Shown: piece after piece, positions 37,264 to 47,351 of the stretch
Position numbering within the stretch: position 1 is the first letter of the stretch
Layout: each line of letters opens with the position of its first letter
Origin: Thermoplasmatota archaeon
Lineage (GTDB): Archaea > Thermoplasmatota > E2 > JACPAO01 > JAHFTW01
DNA length: 64,000 nucleotides
NCBI GenBank assembly: GCA_041601615.1
Contig: JBFIHX010000004.1
Location: 1 to 64,000, forward strand
Direction of reading: 5' to 3'
Notes under the pieces: model-generated
The model's database searches: none
Told to the model about the DNA's origin: nothing
Seen by the model: only the letters and a program-made list of their open reading frames with translations
Position numbers and translations under genes: made by a program

Positions 37264-37532
37264 ACCAAACCCGGACCCTTTTCCCCCTCCCCCTCCCCAT
37301 CCCCCGTCCTTCTTTGCTTCCAGTTGCCACGTCCAACTCCCAAACCCGTGCCGTGGATTCGAGCCCCCAAACAAGGGCACGCACACTGCCGCCAGCCTAT
37401 GATACAACCTCCGATCGCGAGTCGAGCTACCTGGAAACTCATCCACCAACCCACACCACCAAAGCCCATCCTAGCGAACCGTCACCGGGCTACACCCCAT
37501 CGCAAATGCACCAAACCTGGCCCAGAAACAAC

Positions 37533-38453
37533 TCAAGGGAACGTGGTCGCCACAGCCGACAACTCCGCCAACAACGCATCCCCTTCGGCATTCCCATACG
37601 TCACCAAAATCCGATCGTGGTCCCGCATCACATAACCATCAATGTGCGGCAACCGCGCCCAATTGTGGCTGCCGTTGGGCGCAACAAACACCCGCAGCGT
37701 CATGTTTTCCGAGTCCTCGTAGACCACGCCATCATGCACGGGCACATTCAGCCGCAGCCGACCCTGATGAAGCTCTGAGCCTAAAGACAACCAGAAGAAT
37801 TCCGACAACGTAAGCCCCGGCGCGCCTTCAATGTGCATCGAGTCCTGATCCGGATTGTGCATATGCGCACGAAGGAACCCCGAATTTTGCAAGTCAAACG
37901 CCGGATCCGTGAAATTGACGCGTTCGCCCTCGACAAAGACCGCAAACGCCGCGTGCAAGTGCACATCCTCGACCGGCTCCGGGGCCGTCAAAAACGCGAA
38001 CCCCACCACGCCCGAAAATGCCAGCACAATGGACAGCAACACCACCGGCAGCCACGGCACAGCACGACGCTCGGGTGCTGGAGCCGCCGCCACAGCCCCC
38101 TCCTCCTTTGCCGCCTCGATGCGCTTGCGCAACAAAGCATCCGCCTCGTCCAGAATCAAACGGGCGCGCTCCACGAGCCCCTCAGCCCAACCCACCGCAT
38201 TGGCTGTGACCGCCATGTGGTGCTCCAATTCGTCCCCGCGCAGATACCGCGACAAGCTCCGAATCCCAAGCGCCAACAACACCAACGGAAGAGTCGTGCA
38301 GGCCCAAAGCAACCACAAAACCATCCCCGAGAACGGCAACCCACCCCCTTGCAATTGACCAAAAACATGCACGGACGCCAACACCAAGGAAGGAACCACG
38401 GGAGCCACCCAAACCACAGACGGCACACGATCCGTCACCCTCGGGCCACTCAT
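37533..38453 (-). CDS. membrane protein with His-rich extracellular domain
   Basis: 3 TM; HLHAAF...HMH...HIE pattern. Confidence 0.65.
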   Translation of the reverse strand: MSGPRVTDRVPSVVWVAPVVPSLVLASVHVFGQLQGGGLPFSGMVLWLLWACTTLPLVLLALGIRSLSRYLRGDELEHHMAVTANAVGWAEGLVERARLILDEADALLRKRIEAAKEEGAVAAAPAPERRAVPWLPVVLLSIVLAFSGVVGFAFLTAPEPVEDVHLHAAFAVFVEGERVNFTDPAFDLQNSGFLRAHMHNPDQDSMHIEGAPGLTLSEFFWLSLGSELHQGRLRLNVPVHDGVVYEDSENMTLRVFVAPNGSHNWARLPHIDGYVMRDHDRILVTYGNAEGDALLAELSAVATTFP

Positions 38454-39865
38454 GCAGCACCCCCCGCGGCCGCCGCATCTGCCCCACCCAAACCGCCCGC
38501 TCCCGCCGTAGAGGTCGTGCGCATGCTCTGCATCAACAACGGAGGCACAGCAGCCAACAACAACGTACCAGAAACAAGCGCCAATGCGAATGCAATGCCA
38601 TGCGACATAATCAGGAACGCCAACGCATACGGCGCGATGATGCCGGACGCCGTGATGCTCGCCTCACTCCACCCAAACGCCCCGCCCCGTTGCAAAGGCG
38701 GCACACTGTCAATGATGAGCGCCGCCGTCACCGGCCGCCCAAGGCCATCCGCAAGGCCCAGCAAAATCCAACTCACAATGATCCACGGCAAGGACGTTGT
38801 CGCCATCAAGAGATTGAAAAACGCAGCCGCGACCAAGCTCGACACCAACACCAACTTGTGTCTACCCGTGCGGTCTGCATAGCGTGCCCCAAACGGCTGA
38901 GCAAGCCCGAACGCCACCCAAGAGGAAGCAGCCACGATGCCCACCCATTGCACCGACAACCCTTGCAACACGAGGTAGCGCGGAAAATAGACCGGATAGA
39001 CCGCCACGGACAAGCCGAACAAGAACAGATACAAGGACGCCCAGCGAACATTGCGCCCCGCCTGCACCGGAATCGGCTGCGTGGACAACAGCCTGCTACG
39101 AATACGCTTGAGCCGTGTTCCCACCGGCCGCATGGACGCCCGCATGGAACGAATCTCCGTAGCCAACCGGCGCTCCTCAAGCCCCGAGCCAGCCAGAGGA
39201 CCCGCACGAACCCCTCCGCCCACGCTTGCACCGGCGCCTACGCCCGCGCCACCATGCCGGCCCGCAACCATGAGCGCCAGCAACGATAAAAAAGACGCAA
39301 ACGACAACAAGCCACCCAACAGGAAGACAAAACGATACCCAGACGCCAACATCAGACCCCCCACGACCAGACCCAACGCATGGCTCCATCCCTTGGTGAG
39401 TCCGAAGTACGCATACACCGTCGCTCGAACATTGCGCGGCGCCACCTCCGCCATCAACACCTGCAAACCAGGCCCCGATGCGGCGCCCGAAAGCGAACCG
39501 GCAGCAGCCAGCGCCAGAAACTGCAACGGCGTGTGCACCAACAAATACGCCGGGAACGTCAACACCGACACGAAGACAAAACCAAGCACCACCGCCGGAC
39601 GACCAAAGAACCGATGGTGCCGCCCCGCCAACAACTGCACAACAATCGCCACCACCGCCATCAGGCTGTAGATGCCACCCACCTGCAAGAACGTCATACC
39701 CCGATCCAAAAAGAACAACGGCAACACCGTCACCAAGAGACCGCCAAGGATTCCCGAAATGAGATAGACCGCCAAAAACAACTTCAAACGCGGAGCACGC
39801 CGCAACACATCCCGCATTTCCACCCAAAAAGTGCGCACACGCCCTCTTTGGCTCTCACTTGGCAT
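38450..39865 (-). CDS. MFS transporter
   Basis: about 12 TM, GARYADRTGR motif A, RGGAFG; start at ATG 39865. Confidence 0.85.
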   Translation of the reverse strand: MPSESQRGRVRTFWVEMRDVLRRAPRLKLFLAVYLISGILGGLLVTVLPLFFLDRGMTFLQVGGIYSLMAVVAIVVQLLAGRHHRFFGRPAVVLGFVFVSVLTFPAYLLVHTPLQFLALAAAGSLSGAASGPGLQVLMAEVAPRNVRATVYAYFGLTKGWSHALGLVVGGLMLASGYRFVFLLGGLLSFASFLSLLALMVAGRHGGAGVGAGASVGGGVRAGPLAGSGLEERRLATEIRSMRASMRPVGTRLKRIRSRLLSTQPIPVQAGRNVRWASLYLFLFGLSVAVYPVYFPRYLVLQGLSVQWVGIVAASSWVAFGLAQPFGARYADRTGRHKLVLVSSLVAAAFFNLLMATTSLPWIIVSWILLGLADGLGRPVTAALIIDSVPPLQRGGAFGWSEASITASGIIAPYALAFLIMSHGIAFALALVSGTLLLAAVPPLLMQSMRTTSTAGAGGLGGADAAAAGGAA

Positions 39866-39956
39866 GCAAGGAGCACAGTCAAAGACGCAAATTAAAACAG
39901 GGGCGGGGAACAACATGACGCCCGGCGGTTTTGATACCGCCACGCATCCGCACACC

Positions 39957-40844
39957 ATGGAGGGGCTCATTCTGACGCTCGTTGGGACCGGCACCCACCA
40001 AGCCGTGCTGCCCCGCCGCATCCACCTAGACCTACGCCCCGGCACCGGCCAATTGCACATCCCCGACGCGCCCGGCGCCGACGTATCATGGCGCTCCTCC
40101 GTAGACGCCGCCTGGTGCTCTGCCCTCGCCCTGACCCATCGCAACGATGTGGACGGCGAACTTCGCGTCACAAGCCCCAACCCCATGAGCGGCATCAGCG
40201 CAGGACTCAGCGTAGGCCTCCTCTCGCTTGCCTGCTTGCTCGATCGACCCCAGCCACCCGCCCATTTTGCCACGGGAGGCGTCCTCAAACCCACAAGCCA
40301 AGACACCCAAGTCGGCTGGCTGCAAGGCGGCAACGCCACAGCAATCAAATCCAACGCCGCCGCCCGACTAGCACCCCAACTCGGCTTGCACCAGCCCATA
40401 TTCCTAGCCCCACCCGGACCCACCACCCCCGTGCCCGGAGTCCAATTGCGCACCGCCACCGACCTCGCAACCGCCTACCGCCACATTGATCACATCGGCT
40501 ACCAAGAATTGGCAGCACGCCACCACGAGCTGCTGCACTCCTCGGCCTCCACACCCGACCCCGGCCCGACCGCATGGATCCACCCCTCCCGCAACGCGCC
40601 TCCACGCACATTGCCACCCCACATCGAAGGCATCCGCATCCACGCAGGCGACCCACGCAACGAATTGAACCCAGGCCAAGTATTGGTGCGCCTGGAAGAC
40701 GCCGGACGCATGCTCTGGGCCGTGCAGTGTGCCAACACCCCGGACCTCGCCGAAGCCCTTCCCCAATGGATGGACTACGCCCGCGCAGCCGCCGCGGCCC
40801 CAGACCCATCCTCGACCGGGCGCGATGGCGCAGACTTGGCGTAG
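39957..40844 (+). CDS. stand-alone Lon (S16)-like proteolytic domain protein
   Basis: RPGTGQ, SGISAG, ATG, KSNAA (Ser-Lys dyad pattern), no AAA+ domain. Confidence 0.6.
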   Translation: MEGLILTLVGTGTHQAVLPRRIHLDLRPGTGQLHIPDAPGADVSWRSSVDAAWCSALALTHRNDVDGELRVTSPNPMSGISAGLSVGLLSLACLLDRPQPPAHFATGGVLKPTSQDTQVGWLQGGNATAIKSNAAARLAPQLGLHQPIFLAPPGPTTPVPGVQLRTATDLATAYRHIDHIGYQELAARHHELLHSSASTPDPGPTAWIHPSRNAPPRTLPPHIEGIRIHAGDPRNELNPGQVLVRLEDAGRMLWAVQCANTPDLAEALPQWMDYARAAAAAPDPSSTGRDGADLA

Positions 40845-40878
40845 CAAGGCACCCTGCACCGCGCCAGCCCCCTACCGA

Positions 40879-41667
40879 CTACGCGGCTGGCTTGCGACCC
40901 ATCACATGCAGAGCCGCACCCATCGCCGCCACCGACGAATACAACGCCATTTGTTCCTCGAGCGCCCAAAAACGACGACGCAAATCCTCGTTCTCTTGCA
41001 AGGCCACAAACACCTCCTCGGTCACGAAATTGTTCAACGAGCCCTTCCCCGCCACCAACACGTCCTCGGCGCCCGCCTCCACAAACAACGACTCCAATTC
41101 AGCCGGAGCAAACGCATGGACCGTGTTGCCATACGGGTCCTTATTCAGGCCCTGCTCCGCACAAACCAAGGCATCCTCAACGCTACCCTGCGTCAGCATT
41201 CCAATCGCATGCAACCAGCGGTTGTCGCACGACACATAGAAACCCCCGCCCGGCCGCAAGACCCGCAAAAACTCCCGCGCCACCTCCTTGCGCGAATCAA
41301 AGCAATACGACAACGGATCACCTTCACAGAACACGAAATCGAAGGCACCATCCTCGAAGGGCAAATCATCGATGCTGCCCTCGACGTAACGCACCGGAGC
41401 GTCCGACGGAAACTCCTCGCCTATGCGTGTGCGCGCCACGTCCAGCATACCCTTCGACAAATCCAACAACGTCACATCGAAGCCCTGGCGAAGATAATGC
41501 ACCGAGAACCGCCCCGTCCCCGCGCCCGCATCCAGAACCCGACCCGACGACGGCAGCACGGTCGCGGCACTCTTCAAAGTCAAATGGTCCAGCAACTTCC
41601 AACGCGGACCGCTCACATGGCCGTCGTATTCGCTGGCCACCTCATCGTAACAGGCAATCGCATCCAT
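40879..41667 (-). CDS. class I SAM-dependent methyltransferase
   Basis: VLDAGAGTG, LDLS..ML, LPFEDGAFD, RVLRPGG. Confidence 0.9.
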   Translation of the reverse strand: MDAIACYDEVASEYDGHVSGPRWKLLDHLTLKSAATVLPSSGRVLDAGAGTGRFSVHYLRQGFDVTLLDLSKGMLDVARTRIGEEFPSDAPVRYVEGSIDDLPFEDGAFDFVFCEGDPLSYCFDSRKEVAREFLRVLRPGGGFYVSCDNRWLHAIGMLTQGSVEDALVCAEQGLNKDPYGNTVHAFAPAELESLFVEAGAEDVLVAGKGSLNNFVTEEVFVALQENEDLRRRFWALEEQMALYSSVAAMGAALHVMGRKPAA

Positions 41668-41762
41668 GCCGAGTCACACTCCCCTATCCGAGGTAAACAC
41701 ATGGCGTCGCTTCGTTCCCCCCATCATCACAGCCGCGCCGCCAAATTGCGACTGGCGAGAAC

Positions 41763-43274
41763 CTAGTTTCGCCAACTGCCCGGATTGAACAACAGCAACG
41801 CCGTGAAGATCTCCAAGCGACCAAACCACATCAACAGCGACAACAACAGTTTGCTGCTAGGCAGGAGCGCCGCGTAGTTCTGCGTCGGCCCCACCACGCC
41901 AAAGCCAGGACCCATGTTGCTCAGCGCCGACACACTCGCGCCCGCCGCATCCACAGCCCCAAGCGCCGGGTCCGAGGCCGTCAAGACAAACGTCCCAAGC
42001 ATCATGAGTGCCACGTAGCTGAAGAAAAACGCCACCACCGCCATCAGAGTCGCCTCCTGCAACGCCTTGCCACCCAACCGCACCGGCACCACCGCCTTCG
42101 GGTGCACGATCTTCATGAGCTCGCGCCGCACAATCTTGAACAAAATCAGAATCCGCACATGCTTCATGCCCCCCGCAGTACTTCCCGCCGCTCCCCCCGT
42201 CACCATCACCAAAAAGAGCAGGAATTTCGCCGCCGCCGGCCACGCATCAAAATCGGCCGTGCCAAACCCAGTGCTCGTGGAAAGCGACGCCACATTGAAC
42301 GCCCCGCCTCGAAGCGCCGACGTAAGGCTTGCTCCGGCGTGCCAAACGAGGCCCGTAATCGTCAACGTGCCCAGCACAAACGTGGCCATGAAGAACCGCC
42401 ACTCCGCATCCTTCCACATCTGCCGCCAGTCGCCATGCAGCGCATGGTAGTGCAGCGTGAAATTGGTGCCAGCAATCAGCATGAACACGATGATCACCGC
42501 CTCGAAAATCCACGAATCAAAGTACGAAATGCTGGCGCCATGGTTGCTAAAACCTCCCGTGGACAGCGTCGTGAACGTATGCAGCAGCGCATCGAAGAAC
42601 GCCGCCTTTCCCGCCGTGCCCGACTGCAAAATCAAGCCCAACAAAATTACGAACAAGACCAAGCTGATCAGCAGGTAAATCGCCCAGAGACTCTTGGCCG
42701 TCTGCGCCAACCTCGGCCGCAACCGCGTTACACTTGGACCCGGCGCCTCCGCCTGCAGCAACTGCATACCGCCTTGGGTCAATCGGGCCAGCACCGCGAC
42801 ACTCAACACAATGATGCCCATGCCTCCAATGAACTGAATGAATGCGCGCCACATGTGTACACTCGGCGTCACCGCTTCCAAGTTCGTGATGACCGTGGAG
42901 CCCGTGGTCGAAATTCCACTCATGGACTCAAAAAACGCATCCACGGGCGAACGCAGCGTCCCCGTTAGCAAGAACGGAAGCGCCGAAAGCGCCACCAGAA
43001 CAATCCAGCCAATGCCCACCGTCAGGTACGCCTCGCGGTCCGCCAAGTCCTCCTCTGAGACTCGGCTGGCGGCCCAACGCAGACTCTCACCAAGCGCAAA
43101 CGACAAGCCCGCACAAAGCAGGAACAACAAGAAATTGCGAGCCACGCCGAAGCCAAGCACCTTGAGGTCCGCGACGTCGTAGAACAACGCCATCACTGCC
43201 GGCAGCAAGAAAGCCAGCGCGTACAAGCGCGTGATGCTCCCGACGGCCCCGACGACCCGAAGTGGACGCAGCAT
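41763..43274 (-). CDS. trkH: Trk potassium uptake membrane protein
   Basis: FFESMSGISTTGST, GGMG, STGGFS, GSTAGGMK, NMGPG, GRLEIF. Confidence 0.95.
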   Translation of the reverse strand: MLRPLRVVGAVGSITRLYALAFLLPAVMALFYDVADLKVLGFGVARNFLLFLLCAGLSFALGESLRWAASRVSEEDLADREAYLTVGIGWIVLVALSALPFLLTGTLRSPVDAFFESMSGISTTGSTVITNLEAVTPSVHMWRAFIQFIGGMGIIVLSVAVLARLTQGGMQLLQAEAPGPSVTRLRPRLAQTAKSLWAIYLLISLVLFVILLGLILQSGTAGKAAFFDALLHTFTTLSTGGFSNHGASISYFDSWIFEAVIIVFMLIAGTNFTLHYHALHGDWRQMWKDAEWRFFMATFVLGTLTITGLVWHAGASLTSALRGGAFNVASLSTSTGFGTADFDAWPAAAKFLLFLVMVTGGAAGSTAGGMKHVRILILFKIVRRELMKIVHPKAVVPVRLGGKALQEATLMAVVAFFFSYVALMMLGTFVLTASDPALGAVDAAGASVSALSNMGPGFGVVGPTQNYAALLPSSKLLLSLLMWFGRLEIFTALLLFNPGSWRN

Positions 43275-43342
43275 CCAAACCGTCCGACGCCTAGGTTAGC
43301 CAAGAGGCTTCGCTCCGGCCCGAGCAGGCTCAAGGAACCGAT

Positions 43343-44188
43343 TCAGCAGCGGCGCAACAGAAGAGCAACGGACGCAATGGCGACGAAAAACAGCGGTACG
43401 CCAAGTCCCGGCGCATCCGTTCCAGCAGGCGACCCCTCGATCACCGGCCGCACCTGCAACTGCCACGCTTCCGCGCTGTCGTGATCAAGCCACAGCAGCA
43501 CATCCTGTCGGCCGGCTTCGGTGGCCTCAAAGGTGTAGGTAAAGCACGCCATCCAGCGGGTGCCCTCTTGACACGAGGCATCGACAAGCGGTTGGAATAG
43601 CCACGACTGCTGGGTCTCGTTGCGCCCATCCACCATGGCCTGAACCGTCAAGGTCTCAGGCAGCAGCGCGTCGGCCGGAAACAAGACGGGAACCAACACC
43701 ACCTCGAAGGAAACCGAATCGCCAGGAGCAGCAAGCGCATTGAGCCACACGGGTCCAGGCACCAGCTCCGTCGCCTTTGCCGGACACAAACATGTCTGGT
43801 CAAAGTACAGCCGCGCCGTGGCGTTCTCGGTGCCCGGATTGTGCAGCCTCAACGTCGCAAAATCGGTGTGCTGAAGGGTCCAAGCCTCAAAGCCCCCAGT
43901 GCCGTTCCAAAAAGAGGTGCCCACCCGAGCATCATTTTGATCCAGCAAAACATCCACAATGCCGTTCGTGTCGCCGCGCAATAGCACCTGCCAGCCTGCT
44001 TCAAGCGGACAGCGATTGAAGCCAAGTGTGCGCTCCACGGTCTCGCCGGGGCCCAACTCCAGGGTCCACAATTGGATGTGGTTCCAGGCGTCCACGCCCA
44101 TATCGCATTCCGCCTCGTGCTCGCCGTGACCCGCAATCGACGGCACCAGCAAAAGCGACAGGAACCAGACCGCCCCCCATCCGCGCAT
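43343..44188 (-). CDS. secreted protein with APGLG-TM-RR sorting signal
   Basis: signal peptide followed by HGEH; C-terminal APGLGVPLFFVAIASVALLLRR. Confidence 0.65.
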   Translation of the reverse strand: MRGWGAVWFLSLLLVPSIAGHGEHEAECDMGVDAWNHIQLWTLELGPGETVERTLGFNRCPLEAGWQVLLRGDTNGIVDVLLDQNDARVGTSFWNGTGGFEAWTLQHTDFATLRLHNPGTENATARLYFDQTCLCPAKATELVPGPVWLNALAAPGDSVSFEVVLVPVLFPADALLPETLTVQAMVDGRNETQQSWLFQPLVDASCQEGTRWMACFTYTFEATEAGRQDVLLWLDHDSAEAWQLQVRPVIEGSPAGTDAPGLGVPLFFVAIASVALLLRRC

Positions 44189-44271
44189 GACCCTGCTGAG
44201 TCGGCACCGACCATGAACGTTGTGCGGCCCCGACCGCACCCTCTTCAAGCGCCACCCCAACTCCCCCAGTC

Positions 44272-45342
44272 GTGTCCGCGTCCCCACCCCCTCCCACAGC
44301 CTCGTCCGCTCCCGAATTCGACGTGGCCGTGGTCGGCGGCGGCCCAGGTGGCCTCCACGCGGCATTCAAAACCGCCCTCCTGTACCGCACCGCCGTCCTC
44401 TTTGATGCCGGCCGCCGCAACAGCCGCATCTACTGGTCGCCCCGCGTGGACAACCTTCCCGGCCGCATGGGCGAAAAAGGCCGCGACCTCATCGCACGAG
44501 GCTACCAAGACATTGAGCAATACGAAGCCGAAATCGGACGATCCTTCGTCACCATCCACGAAGAAACACGCGCCACCCAGCTAGAGCAACTCCCAGACCA
44601 AACCGGCTGGCGCATCACCGCCGAAAGCAAAAACGGCCCCGTGACCGCCACCGCCCGAACCGTGGTGCTCGCCACCGGTTGCATCGATGCCCAACCACGC
44701 CTGCAAGAATTTCGCCGACGCGACATCGAAGCAGTGCTTCCGTACGCCAACAAGGGACTCGCCGACTACTGCCTGCTTTGCGACGGCCACACCGTGGAAG
44801 GCAAGCGCGTCGCGGTGCTTGGCTGCGACCCCGGCAGTCGAGGCATCGCCCGCAGCCTCAAACGCAACTTTGGCGCCAACACCGTCGTCGTGCCCTACTG
44901 CAACCTCAACGAGCATGTCGAAGGCCCCAGCAATCCCCACGCACCATGGGAAGCTGTGCAAGCAGAGCTGGAAGCCGAAGAAATTCCCATTCTCTTTGGA
45001 CACATCAAAGAATTTACCGGCATCAAAGACGGCCAATTTGGCATCGTATTCGAAGACGGCACGACAGAGCTGTTCGACAAGGCCTGGATCAGCATGGGCT
45101 GGTACAAGGTCCAAAACGAACTCGCAGTACAAGCGGGAGCCGCCGTCGACCGCGACGGATTCGTACGCACCGACAACGACTGCCGCGTCCAAGACGAAGC
45201 TGGCACAACGATTCGAGGCCTCTACGCCATTGGCGACCTACGAGCCGACACCTGGAAACAAATCCCCATCGCATGGGGCGAAGCAGAGGTCGCAGTGGTG
45301 GATGCGTTCGTCAAAACGAGTCGAGTGGCGCCGCTGGCGTGA
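44272..45342 (+). CDS. thioredoxin reductase-like FAD-dependent oxidoreductase
   Basis: VGGGPGG, VLATG, YCLLCDG, GLYAIGD. Confidence 0.88.
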   Translation: MSASPPPPTASSAPEFDVAVVGGGPGGLHAAFKTALLYRTAVLFDAGRRNSRIYWSPRVDNLPGRMGEKGRDLIARGYQDIEQYEAEIGRSFVTIHEETRATQLEQLPDQTGWRITAESKNGPVTATARTVVLATGCIDAQPRLQEFRRRDIEAVLPYANKGLADYCLLCDGHTVEGKRVAVLGCDPGSRGIARSLKRNFGANTVVVPYCNLNEHVEGPSNPHAPWEAVQAELEAEEIPILFGHIKEFTGIKDGQFGIVFEDGTTELFDKAWISMGWYKVQNELAVQAGAAVDRDGFVRTDNDCRVQDEAGTTIRGLYAIGDLRADTWKQIPIAWGEAEVAVVDAFVKTSRVAPLA

Positions 45343-45413
45343 CCCAGCTTGTCGAAACCGATTCGAAGCCCCGCCTCGCCAATGGGAGCGCTTGACGTCT
45401 TCCATCCAGGCGC

Positions 45414-46721
45414 TTAGAGGATGCCCGCAGAAGCATCAAACCACAACAGGTACAGCCCAGCCCCCACCAGCAGCAACGCACTCGCCTTGGTAATCCAACC
45501 CGTGTTGGAAAGAAGCGTTCGCAATCGAGTCTGTTGGCCACTCGCAACCAGTCCAGCCGCCACCAAAATAAACGACGCAATGGACAGAGCATAGAGGGCA
45601 AACACCGCGAATCCAACGCCCGGCCCCTCCAGAAAGCCCGCCAGCAGCAGCGGCAAGAAAATTGGGCCCGTGCACCCGAAGGCAGCCAAGCCGTAGCCAA
45701 CGCCGAACGCATAGAAGCCCCGCCTACCGTCCACGTGGCCAAGCCCGATGCGACGCGCAAGCCAGTCCCAACTGACCTTGAAGAACATCAAGACCCCGAG
45801 GACAATCAGGAGCCCGCCCACCACGGGAGCGAACCGAGGCAAGGCGTTGCGTAGCGCCGCGCCGTACCCGACCATATCCAAGATCCAGAAAAGCAGCGCA
45901 AGCCCACCGTACACCGTGACGACGCCAAGCGCCGTGGTCAGGCCAGCGCGCAGGGTATGGGCGCCGCTTCGTCGTTCGCTTCCTTGCAAAAGAAAGCCAA
46001 GGTACGCAGGCAGCAAACCGACACTGCACGGCGAAAAGAAGGAAGCAACACCCGCAACCACGGCAAGGCCAAGGAGTCCGACGCGCAGCACCGAAATGCC
46101 TTGGCTCGTGCCGGCAAGGCTCTCGTCAATGGCGTCCGTTACGTCCGCTAGGGGCGGAATGCCGGTTTTTTCCAGCACGATGGCGCCTTCCGGGTTGACC
46201 AGGACAATCTTGGGAAGCGCAATGGCGGTGTACTTGAGGTAGACTTTGTCCGTGTCCAGGGCGTGGCGCCAAGGCACATCCTCGGACTTCTGAAGAGCAA
46301 CAAGTTCGGACCACGTCTCGCCGCCAAACGTGGCGCTGCCCGTCTCCGGATCGGCCCAAGTGTCAACACTCAAAATCACGAAATCATCGCGCCCTCCGTA
46401 CTCATCGTACACCGGCTTCAGGACCTCATCTGTGAGAATCCGGCAACTGGTACAAGTGACCGCCATGAAATCCAGGAGCACCGTTTTTCCCTGGTAGTCG
46501 CTGAGGTGGAACGTGACGTTCTCACCCTGGACGCCGTCCTCGTATCCGGTGCTGGTCAGCGTAAAATCGGGCGCCGGTCCTGCAACATCGTACAGGAAAT
46601 CGACAACGGAAACGCCCAAGGGAACCGCCACCACAAGGGCAAGGCTCAGCCACAAGAGCGCCGTATTATTACGGTGGCCCATGCCGTTAGGATCGTTGCC
46701 TTCACGCCGGTCCGTCATCAA
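45414..46721 (-). CDS. TlpA/ResA thioredoxin domain fused to CcdA (DsbD transmembrane) domain
   Basis: APDFTL..LLDFMAVTCTSC; FFSPC..LLPAYL; GCTGPIF. Confidence 0.85.
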   Translation of the reverse strand: MMTDRREGNDPNGMGHRNNTALLWLSLALVVAVPLGVSVVDFLYDVAGPAPDFTLTSTGYEDGVQGENVTFHLSDYQGKTVLLDFMAVTCTSCRILTDEVLKPVYDEYGGRDDFVILSVDTWADPETGSATFGGETWSELVALQKSEDVPWRHALDTDKVYLKYTAIALPKIVLVNPEGAIVLEKTGIPPLADVTDAIDESLAGTSQGISVLRVGLLGLAVVAGVASFFSPCSVGLLPAYLGFLLQGSERRSGAHTLRAGLTTALGVVTVYGGLALLFWILDMVGYGAALRNALPRFAPVVGGLLIVLGVLMFFKVSWDWLARRIGLGHVDGRRGFYAFGVGYGLAAFGCTGPIFLPLLLAGFLEGPGVGFAVFALYALSIASFILVAAGLVASGQQTRLRTLLSNTGWITKASALLLVGAGLYLLWFDASAGIL

Positions 46722-46733
46722 ACCCCTCGTGTG

Positions 46734-47351
46734 TCAGTCCGGCCCTCGGCGCTTGCGAACCGCGGCACCCACGACGGCCACGGCGACGAGGATCCCCACG
46801 AGCCCCAGCCCAGGCGCGCCTTCACTGGCGCCGACGCGACCGGCCGGCATTTCCCAGGCGATGTAGTGGGTCTCGGCGCACGCTCGGTAGCGATCCTTGC
46901 AGACGTCCGAAGCAAAATCTTCGCCATGCGGCACAACCGTCATGTTGCCGTCGCTCTGGGTCAGAAAATATTGGGTGCCCACACGCCACGGGGCCCCGCC
47001 GCTGTACGATGCATCGCCCCACAGAATGGGCCGGTCGAAAGTTGGATCGCGGTAGTTGTCCGTGTCGAAGGTCCAAGTTGTTTCATTGAGCCTCGTCGCA
47101 GGTGTTGGGGGAGCAAAACAGGCGTTTCCAACATCGCAAATTTGGTAGCGAACGGCCGTGACGTTGTGCCCCGGCGTGAACTGGATGAAGCCCTGCCATT
47201 GCGTGCCGGGCTCCGGGACGGCAGGTGTGTGCCAAACCGCCACGATGCGCGCATCAAGCGACGACGCCTCCGATTCTTCGAACGCTTGGACCGGAGCAGC
47301 ACCAAGCAACAAGAGGAGCGCCACAGAGGCCACAGCAAGCGGCGTCTTCAT
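46734..47351 (-). CDS. secreted 4-Cys protein with APGLG-TM-basic sorting signal
   Basis: signal peptide, YQICDVGNACF, C-terminal APGLGLVG...RKRR. Confidence 0.65.
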   Translation of the reverse strand: MKTPLAVASVALLLLLGAAPVQAFEESEASSLDARIVAVWHTPAVPEPGTQWQGFIQFTPGHNVTAVRYQICDVGNACFAPPTPATRLNETTWTFDTDNYRDPTFDRPILWGDASYSGGAPWRVGTQYFLTQSDGNMTVVPHGEDFASDVCKDRYRACAETHYIAWEMPAGRVGASEGAPGLGLVGILVAVAVVGAAVRKRRGPD

